Assembly (NCBI GenBank): GCA_905178155.1
Contig: CAJINV010000001.1
Coordinates: forward strand, 14,219,265-14,283,264
Direction: 5' to 3'
Source: Amoebophrya sp. A120
Lineage: Eukaryota > Protista > Dinoflagellata
Length of the DNA: 64,000 nucleotides
This document shows positions 32,046 to 41,938 of this stretch, in pieces. The notes below the pieces were generated by a model that saw only the letters and a program-made list of their open reading frames with translations, made no database searches and had not been told where the DNA came from. Each line of letters opens with the position of its first letter. Positions within the stretch are counted from its first letter, which is position 1. A program made the position numbers and the translations under genes.

Positions 32046-35000
32046 TTATTCATACTCCCATTCGACATGTAGAGGCTGCGCACTCCAACACCACGGAGAA
32101 AAACGGTTCGCGAGCGGTGACAGAAGCTGAATGCCTTTCGTTGTCGCGCGGCAACGTGTTCCACCAGTCCCGGCTCCTGCACACAATTCTTGATATTCCT
32201 GACCCTGGTCCGCATTGTTGTCGTTCCCTTGCTTTTCGAAGTGCTGGACCCACACTTCGCAGGCAAACGTCTGCAGCAGGTGGTTGGCCTGCTCTGTAGC
32301 TGGTACTCGCAGCGGATTATTGTCGAGCAGTGCGTCCGTGGAGTAGAATTCAGGATTCTCTTCATCATCCGGCCCCTTCCAGAAGGGGTTCCGCGTGCGA
32401 GACAGTGCCATCCTCGTGGGGCTGCGTTCCTCGAAAAGTTCCGCAAGCACCCGGCGCACGCGCCAGTTTTTAGCAGGTGAAAGAGCTGCCAGGTATGCGA
32501 AGCAAAAGTATCAGTATCTACATCTTTTTCGTGCGCTTGCAGCTGCGCGGGGACTAGAAACGAACTTGATGAGTTTTTTCTATGCACGTGAAACGCAATC
32601 ACTCTTCAGGTGTACTAAATGCTTGCACCTTGTTAGGTCATCATGATCATCATGTCGGCCGTGGACCACGACACAAGGTGAAGCTGCAAAGCTGTATGAG
32701 AAGTGGCCGCAAGTGACACGCTTGCGGTTGCGATACTTTTGTGCACGCCCTAGCATGTTGTCTTCATCTGCCGTCAGGCCTCCTGCAGCGGTGCCGGTAG
32801 ATTGGCTGTCAAGTAGCCCAGGGTCTCTTGCGGCAGGGGCAGGAGAGCCGGAGTTGCTGCTCTTGTCGAGGTCCCCACCCGCGAGCGCGCAAACGTGTTG
32901 CGAAAAGGCCGGCGCACCGCAGTAGTCGGGTTCAAGTGCGAAGTCAAGAAGTTTACTACCCACCGTCTCATAGCTCCAGAGCCATCTACTGCACCCGTAG
33001 TGTCGCGTTCTGGACGAGGTGGCTGCCTTCGCGCATCTTTTAGTGTGGCTCGAACTCGATTCATGATCTTCATCAACTGTTTTGCTCGGGGTCGCAGCTG
33101 GTCGTGGTCCTCGTCGCGAAGATGACATAGGCGTAGTGCTACAAGAACTCACTCGCCTGGCCAGAGCGTGGAACGCTTTCAAGTTCATGTTGCAATTGTC
33201 CAGCTCGACCCCCCACGAGATGCTCGCAGGTCGGAGCGCTGCAATTTCGTCTACTAGCGCCCTTTGGCCGCCGGCTGAATCGTCCGCCTCCCACTCCGCG
33301 CTGATCGAGACTCTCTGGTGTCTCAGTTCGATGGTGAGCTTTCGTGCCAACAAGAGCTCGCGGACCTCCGCTAACTTCCGCATCGTCCGGGCGAGGAATA
33401 GCTGTACCACATCGCCGCTGTTGTGCGTATAACCCGGCGCGAGTCCGTCGTGCTCCGAGACGTGGATATCCAACTGCTCGAGATACTCCTCCAGTGACAT
33501 GCACGCCAACGCGTGCAGCTCCCCTGGAAGGCAGGGGCAGACCTCTCCGGGTAGGAGTTGGTCGGGGTCAATGCAGTTGTGCCACATCGTAACGTTGCCG
33601 ACGTCGGTACTGAAGTCTTCGGGTGGGAGAGCTTCCGTTTCGGTTTTGCCAAGCTGGATTTTTCTCTTATTGCGCTTACTCTTATTCATTTTCCGATTAC
33701 TTGTTGTTTGCACCCGATTTTGATTTTCTCTGCTATTTCTCTGTTTTACAGGGAGCGCGGGGCAGAAGTCAGAAGTTGCTGCGGAACGTGCACCCGCAGA
33801 AGCTGCTAGAGGGCTATTATGTGCGCTAGCGTAGTCTGCATTTCCCGGCGCCTCAGCGTCTGCTTTTTCAGCTTCGTCCCCTGAGTGAAAGATGCTGTCA
33901 TTTTGATTTTCTCTACTTGCAGCTTTCAAAGATGGTGCGGTAGCTCGTCCCCCCGCCTGCTGGCCCGGCTTCTCTACTGATGAAGTTACTACATTCGAAC
34001 GCGAACACGCAGGCCCAGCTGGAATTAGCTTCCCGGTGAAAAGATACTCTATAAGCGCCACCCGATCAACCTTCAGACTGAAGCAGCAGACGGGCTCGAA
34101 GTTTCGCCACGAGGTAACATCTACTCCGGGTTTCGGTATCCACTTTGGATCCTTCATCTTGAGGGCGTGTTTATCATGCAAGTATCCTGTTCGAAAGCCA
34201 CCGCATTTCTTGGCCCATAACAAAAAGTTACTCGTCGCACAGATACTAGCAATACCGCATCATTCAACAGCTCAATGCGATATTAGCACTTATTAATGGC
34301 ACTTACATATTTATTTTTATACATGATTGAAAGGAGCCGAAGTTCCTTTTTGTTTTTCCTCATCTTTTGCTTTTCCCATTTTGTTTGCAAAGAAAATACG
34401 TACCATGAATGCGCTGAAGGAGAAGCGCGACCAGATGTTGCTTCTGGGGGAAGCCCTCCTGCATGAGGCCATGTCGTCTCTGGATATACATACAGCCGGC
34501 AGGCTGCTTATAGAAATCGATTTCTTATTTTGGTTACTTCTCGCGATGCCAATATGCGGTGCTTTTATTCTATTTGTATTTGATAAGCGCTCGACAACAG
34601 CGGTGACAGTAAGTGGCAGCTCAGAATCGTCGCCAGGATTTATCTCGCACGTGGGAATTGTAGCTGATGTCCCGCTCTTTTTGATTTCGTCTGCCTCTGC
34701 CCAGGCACCGGCGACGTGAGCCCAGATTTTCAGATACTTCGCCTCTAGCTTGCTGTCGCCGAGTTGCAGTGGGGAGAGCGTTTTTGCCGACTCTGCTGCC
34801 CTTTCTAGCACGTTAACGCACGAGGCAAAAAAGTTGCGAAGGCAAGAACGAGTATGAAAGAGAAAGCTGCAATATCAATGTCAGCGCCACCCGTCAACGA
34901 TGCTGATTTGCGCCAATACACATCACACAAACAAGCGGAGCACGAACAATGCAACAAATGGCCAAACGCAAGCGGATGTTACTTTTAGACATAGGCATAT

Positions 35001-38000
35001 ACCACTTCTCTCTGCAACAGTTCGTTGTGCGTTTTGCTCACAATATCATCCACATCTTATCAGCTGCAAATTATGCGCCAAAGTCTTGGAGGGCGCATGC
35101 TCGCTGACATTGCACCAGCTATAGCGGCCCATATCGAGTCCAGATTGAAGAATACCAGACTTGCACAACGTCCTCTAGTGGGGTGTTTTCTTGCCCGAGC
35201 ATATCGGCGATTACGTTGAATTTTGCCACTGTGTATGCTTGCGAACAGAAACCGACGAAGGTCGTGCTCGTTCTTTCGCTAGACGATGAGTGCTGCTCTT
35301 TTTGTTCCACCTGGGGCGTCTGCGAAGATTGCGAAGGAGTCATACCGTTGGGCCCACGATATTCACTTGATGAGTTTGCCTGCTGTGCAGTGTGGTTTTT
35401 GGTGCGTTGTTTGTTCGCGGACAGTCTCTGTTTGTCACAGCCTCCCGTCGAAGACAACGTGGTAGCTGCGCCATTGTTCTTATCGGTCTTTCCGTCGGAT
35501 GAGCCTTGCGAACCGATCGGGGCAGCTTGTTGCGCGTGTTTTTTCTCTAGTGGAGGAACAGGTGAAACCCACTGCGCGTTCAGAAGCTCTCGAAAGTCCA
35601 AAAAATCGAGCTGGACGTGGGTGGACCCTTCCGTTATTGTCACGTCAGTTGGCGGACCCCAAGAATCGAAGGGGTGGATTGTTATTTCTTGTCGGATCTT
35701 CTTCGCTGATGCGCACACACCATCTTCGCTGGTGCTCGTCGGGCTGGACATTTTTTCCTCCACAGGGGCGTTGCGGTTTGTCATCTTATTGGCCTCATCT
35801 TCCCCCCCGCAGCGTCTTGTTTATGAGAGAGCACAACTCGTCCCCTGCCCCCCTTGTTCATTTGGATATGCAAAACACCAAACCCACTTTTTGTGTATCA
35901 ATGGCGCGTTCTAGTTCTTGAAGCACTGAGTGCGTGACAAATTTTGATGAAACCTCGTCAAAGGGAAGTGCAGATTTTGATCTGGTATGCGGAGGCAAAA
36001 TTATTTCTGCCGTTGCTTATGCTTGCGTTACTGCGCAACTACATGCCCTTCAAATGAGAGGGAAGTGGGGTCGTTGTGCACTCTCATATTGTTCGCAAAT
36101 CCAATACAAAAGCGTGTGTGCGAAATTCATGTTGATGGTCGTCTCGAAATGTCCTCGGGCTGGACACTTCGCGGTGAGCAGGGACAGTGGAGGAAGCGGT
36201 GTCCTTGTCCTGGTGTACGACGTCCCTCACCGTCGGCGTCTTCGTTCCTCTGACGCTTTTCCTTTGCGCATCGCAACAAGAACCGGAAATAGCTTTTTTC
36301 TCAAAGGTGGGCCCAATTGTGAAAGGCTTACGTCGCTTAGTTCCATCTTGAGATGAACCGGCTGTAGCTGTATGCCAAGAAGAACGGTGGACCACGACGT
36401 CGTCGAGACTGCTGCTCTGATTTGAGTCAGGATCAGGTGTCTGCTGGGCTGGTGACTTTGAGTGCGTGGAAATCACGCTTCTTGTCGAGGACGGATCGTC
36501 CTGCTGTTCGTTTTCGTTCTGCTTCATCTTCTTGAAAGCACCACCGCTCTCCTCGATCCACGTCAGTTTTTTTGCATCAGTTTCCGCGGCCAAAAGACCC
36601 CGACTTTCCATTTCCTCGCGCAGTATCCGATGGGCCTCCCCTAGCTGCGCGTCCGTTGCATCTAGACTGGGGTCGAATGTCTTTTCGCCTCTTTTCAGCA
36701 TCTCCCGCTTCCGTTCTTGCAACTGTGTTTTCCGTTCCAGTACATCGATCATCACGCTGCTTAAAATTTTATCGTCGGTGCAGCTCTTTACGGCTCGCTT
36801 CAATTGCGCTGTGCTGTCGTAAGAAATCTGGAATAAGTCCTCCAGCTGCCTTCGCGCATGTTCCCCATACGCCGCTAGGGCAATCTTTCGGGTATCTATC
36901 GAGTCAGGCTTTACCCTCAGAGCGAGGTCAATGGCGAGCGACATGGGTCGCGCCTGCGCGGACATGCATGCATGGCGCAGAATCTTGGTCGCAAGGTCGC
37001 GCTCAACGCCGAAATAAACCCACTTGCTATCGGGATCGACACCCTCATTCGCTTTGGCTCTTTGGATGTGCTTGAGATCGTAAATCGTCGGACAATCTCT
37101 TGGCATCCGCCAACCTGGACCTGCGGAAGTAAAGCACGTATGGTTGCGGGCATACTCCTGAAGCCAGTCACAGCTGTCGCTTAGCGCGCACAACGCCTTT
37201 GTGTATGAAGTCGCCGTAAAACCCAATGTGGCTGCGAGATTGAGATGACCGACAGATGTACCAATCATCATCGTATCGAAATCATCCATAAGAATCTTGA
37301 TGATTTTGCTAATCGTCTGCATCTGCCTCTCAAGAATCTGCTTCCTGAGGTCCGTTCTCTCTTGTCGGAGCTTGTAGTTCTGCAGCCGCAACGTAAACAT
37401 CTCTTCTCGGTGCTGTTTCATCTGCAGGCGCATTTTTTTCTCCGCGCGTCGCCCGGGGCGCTGCGGCGTATTTGGGAAATCATTCAGATCATCATCTACA
37501 TCTTTCTCCTGCTCCTCGATATCGTCTAGACTGGTTTCTTCAGTCTGGGCCGAGGTTGACGCCGGTGTAATTAATCCTTTCGAACAAGCACCGGATTGTA
37601 GATCCGTGTTCTTCTGAGCAGCGGGAACGAGGAGTCCGCTGTGCTTGCACTCTAGCTCCTGCTGTTTGTTCCTTTTCTTTGCAGCACTTTCGTCAAACGT
37701 GGCACGGACCAGTTGAGCGTCTTCGTTGGCTCGCCGTCCTTCTTGGTCCTGAGCCGCGCCACCAGCTGCAGCACCGCATGCGCCAAGTTCATCTTCGCGC
37801 TGATGCGCATAACCTCCTAGGCGGAACAGAATACGCACCGCTTCTCTGGTCTCCTGCTTCAGGGGCGACGGGGCGGGCACTGACGGTTGTGCGTTTGGGT
37901 CTGTACAAACCTCATCAAGTAGCGTTGTAGTCGGGGAGGCGGACGAAGTGGACGGCTTTGTGCATTTGTTGGCACCAGGATCATCTCCTGCTGCGCAGAA

Positions 38001-41000
38001 GATTTCAGTAAAGTATTCTCTCAGCGGGTATCGGCTTGGGCTTGTTCGTCCTGTAGTGGCTGGTAGCGACGCGACCGACGGCGAGCCGAGGTTTCCACTG
38101 CCTCCCTGCTGTTGAGGATTCCCTTCTCCTTGTTCCGCCTGTTCTTCTTCGTCGATATTCAACGAGCCCTGATCTCCTGGTAAGGCGTGTCCGTCGGCAA
38201 GCCTACGGATGTGCTTCTGAAAACGCACGATGAAGCCGGCCGCCGACATGTTGTCCAGTATGCTTCTGTCCGAGTCTGAATTGACATAATTGTAGCCCAT
38301 TTTTGCCTGTATCTCGTCCTGTTGTAGCAACAGTGCGAAAAACACAAGCTGCTCGCGCCAGGCTTCAACGACATTCGGGTCAAGCAACGCAGACACACAG
38401 CTCTGTAGCAAGCCGACGTGCATGAGTTTGAGGCCGTCTGCCCTCGCATAGAACGTGGGAGCCTGCGCGCAATTGGCTCCTCGTAGTTCGCCTTCGCGGT
38501 CTTGCTGTATTCCTTCGGCAAAACTGTTGTAAAGTAAGTCAGGCGTCGCGAGGATGTAGCCGGACTCTTCGCAAAGTACATGCGCGCACTGGCGCCTGGT
38601 TTCGTCGTAGTGGCAAGTTTGGAATAGGGCGCGCTGGAAAAGTGGCTTCGCTGCAGCGTAATCTTGGTGGAGAAGACGAGATCGGGCCTGTTCCAGTGCC
38701 ACTTTGTGCAGATCATGCTGCTCAACATCAACTACATGGTAATGAGCTTGCTCCTTCTCGTCCTTTGTAGAGCTGTTCGCTTTACTTTTATCTTCACATC
38801 CTCGCGAGGCAGGTCCTCGCGAGGCAGCTCCACCCGAACCACTAAAACTGCTGGACTGCTCTTCGTTTCCTAAAGACATCACGCCTGACAACAGCAGGAC
38901 TGCCGCGAACCCGAATGACCCGGTTGCCCTCATCCCTTTTTCTGTCACGTCTGCGGCAAAGTTTTCGAACCACTTCAGTGTGCCGGTTCCGCGATCCCAT
39001 CTCTTTCTTGTCGCTTCTTCCTGGAGTTTCTTTTCCTTTTTTCTTGTTTCCACATTATCCCGTGGCGAGTGAAGTCTTCCACCCGCGGGGGCGTCCCGCT
39101 CCCGACGGAGAATTCCATTAGCTGCACTGCTCTCCACGCCCGCTTCGTCGCTGGAGACACGGCAATAACCGTACAGTGCTGAGTCCAAGATAACTCCCGC
39201 TGCTGCTCCTGCGTACCGCGTCTTCCGAAAGGCGACCGCGGCCCATATGAGCTCTTTACCGATCAAATACACAATCGCATCTGGCACAGCCTCGTTCATC
39301 GCCCGCAACGCATCACCGAGAATTCGCCAAGCGCGAATATTGTCGTAATCCAAAACCGCAGCCTGTAGACATGCGCGGATATCCACAGAAAAAAACCCAC
39401 TCCCATCCATTTTTTGCATGACAGACACAGGACAGGAGTTCATGCAAGCTTTGCATGACATTGACAAATTGGATGGGGATGAGCCTTTTTTTGTGGATAG
39501 CGGATGGCGTCCGGGTATAGATTGAGCTTGTAAAGACACAGCCCGTAACTCGCAAGCAACCCCGAGTACTCCTGCCGATATTCGACGGCTTCAAGCGCAC
39601 GGCGACAGCAGGCGAAACGCACCTGGCAGAGTGCAACGAGTTCATGCGGAGTGAGGATAGAAAATGGATGTGATGAGGATGGTGCGACCGCACCAGTGCA
39701 GACGCCATCAGGATCATCGGCCTCTCGTCTCATGTTCGGTTCTTCATCCACGGGTCTCGATGAATGGCGTCTCACCTCCTCTGTAATTGTCGACCCGATT
39801 CTCAGCCACTGTAATGCCGTCTTTGGGTATTCCCAATCCAATATCGTGGCGTCGACCGAGGAGCCGCGCACCTCGATTTTGAAAGGGACACAGGCTGTCG
39901 TGAGATTTTCTTTCTCCTTCATCTTATTTCCTGGTGCAGCTGTCTGTTTTTTTCCTTTCGCCACCGGCGCAGTGCTTCTTCTTGAAGATGCAGCTCCAGG
40001 AGCTTCTACTTCGGCGCCACCGATCATTGATGAATCGTTGGTGCTGGTCGTAGGTGTCGCATCTTGTGGCACTAATATCGGATCCAGAATTCGCAAGCCC
40101 TGGCCAACGACGTAGTTTAGCTTTGTCTTTTCTGCTTCTTCTTCCTCCTCATGACATCGTGCCCAGTGTTGGCGTTGCAGCGCCGCTCGCTTTCGGTGCT
40201 TTTTTCCTCCTAATTCTCTTTCCTGCGCCTCCGGCTTTTCCTTTTTTCTTGTCATTTCGATCTCTCGTAGCCCGTCTGTGGCACAACAAGCCTTCTGTTC
40301 ATCGTGCGATTGCGTCTCGTTGCTTTTCGAAAGAGCATCCGTATTCTCTCGTCCACGCCTAGACGACGGTGTGTGGAAAGCCTGTTCATCTTCACAAGAG
40401 TCGCACTCTCGGCGTGCGGAAGTGGCAGTGTTCACAGTGGCCTCCGGCGGCTTTGGAGTGGCTGGCGTTTTTGCAGCTAGCTCAAGAGTGATCCCACTTG
40501 AGGCAGGAGCACCACTGCCCAGCGATGGGAATAGCCTGCTCGTCTGGCGTTGGTCCTGGGACTCGGCCTGGTACGACGTTTGTAGTAAAAGAACAGGAAT
40601 GCACTCACCACACAGGCTTTCGAAAATGAACGACGGACCGGAGCTGTTTTTGGGCCCCAATTCCTTTACTCGTCCAAGGAGCTGGTACAGCGTTCGAGGC
40701 GGTTCTGGTCTCTGGTGTGCCTGACCACTTGTGTTTTCAGCTTTATCTTTGAGACGTTGATGACCACGGTGGAAAAGCTCGCGCTCGCCGCTTTGCGTCG
40801 TCGCTTCAATTAAATCTTGAATCCGTAGCGTGAGAAAAAAATCACCATTGTCGCGGTGTTCGTGTTCCGTAGGGCTAGAGGGTGGCTGCGGCTGTGCAGG
40901 CTGAGCGGTGGAGATACCACACTCATTCTCTTGCTTGCTACTAGCGCGCTCGTCAGAATTCAATTTCGACGCACCGTCTTGGAACTCCTGCATCTCCGCT

Positions 41001-41011
41001 TCCTTCTTCAT
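32046..41011 (-). CDS. Very large multi-exon uncharacterised protein with a TPR-like segment (may be more than one gene)
   Basis: Colinear ORFs 39440-41011, 36084-39539, 35119-35784, 34317-34811, 32580-34223 and 32046-32459. Two junctions close in frame on TIR removal, one giving TPR-like YGLCLYKLNLYPDAIRACLQAAVLDYDNIRAWRILGDAL. The other junctions are unresolved. Confidence 0.55.
34853..35133. mobile_element. Degenerate TIR element (281 bp), repeat ACGAG/TCGAG
   Basis: Left TATG..AGCTG..CAATGTCAGCG versus right reverse complement TATG..AGCTG..CAATGTCAGCG. Removal gives VWYSSIWTRSCLRNFF in frame with ORF 34317-34811. Confidence 0.82.
39380..39499. mobile_element. TIR introner-like element, family D (120 bp), direct repeat GCGGA
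   Basis: GCGGA|TATCCACAGAAAAAA...TTTTTTTGTGGATA|GCGGA. The internal CCCATCCA-TTTTGCATGACA...GACAAATTGGATGG core is shared with 2408-2519. Removal fuses two long ORFs. Confidence 0.92.
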
Positions 41012-41938
41012 TGTTTATTCTACATCTTGTTCGACTTCAAGCTAAGCACACATCATACATGAAAGAAAGCGTCAAAAAACGCCGCGTAGATACAACTGGT
41101 TTATTTTCATATTTCGATACCGAGAATACGAAAGCACTTTATTCGTGTAGAACCTAATACAAGGAAAAAACTAGAAGAGGACCGGACCACCAAACCAGAG
41201 AAGTGGAGAATCAAAAATGGTCAACTACTGTAGACCTAAAGAACTTTGACACGTTTGTATTCTCGGCCTGTAGCAGCTGTACCTTAACATGACGAATAAA
41301 ATGGTAACTGGAACTAATGGCTTCGCTATCCGAGTTGACGTTGAGTACAACTACAAGTATATGCTTGAAGATGATGATGTTGAAGTTGAAACAAATCCTC
41401 GACATCGAAGCACCTTTACTGTCGCGATTCAGAAGATCTACCTCATCCTCATCTACTTGCACTTTGCTAGGCTGATCACGATAATCGTCTTTGCTTTTCG
41501 CCTTGACTTGCGCCGGTTGCGCAAGTACCTCGTCCTGGCTGAGTAATAAAATATGCAAAGTGGTGCAAGAAGTATTTGATCTTCAGTTATCAGCTGGATC
41601 ATGATGGTATTCTGCGTCTGCGCTTCGATCAGCTGATCGCTGCTCCTGTCCTCATCAAGTTGAGTTTCGTGTGTGTTCTTCCTTGTGTTTCCAACATCTG
41701 CTGCGGAGCATACTTACTACCACACACACAGAAGAAAGCCAGCGATGAGAGGACAGAAAAGTAGAGATCAATAGCTTGTTTTCTTCAGTAGATCCAGAAC
41801 AACGACCGATAGTGTCGTCACGATGACTGATCATAACATCTTGTCACCAACCACTGCACCGATGCTGATTCACTGCAACGCGGAACAAGAAAGCAAGCCG
41901 CAAAATCATGAGAGTGACAGGCTTCGAACTACGAAGAG

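Noticed and set aside
2408-39499. Bias of element-plus-repeat length toward multiples of three (read-through tolerance)
   Set aside because: The first five are multiples of three but the full set covers all phases, and those five contain in-frame stops.
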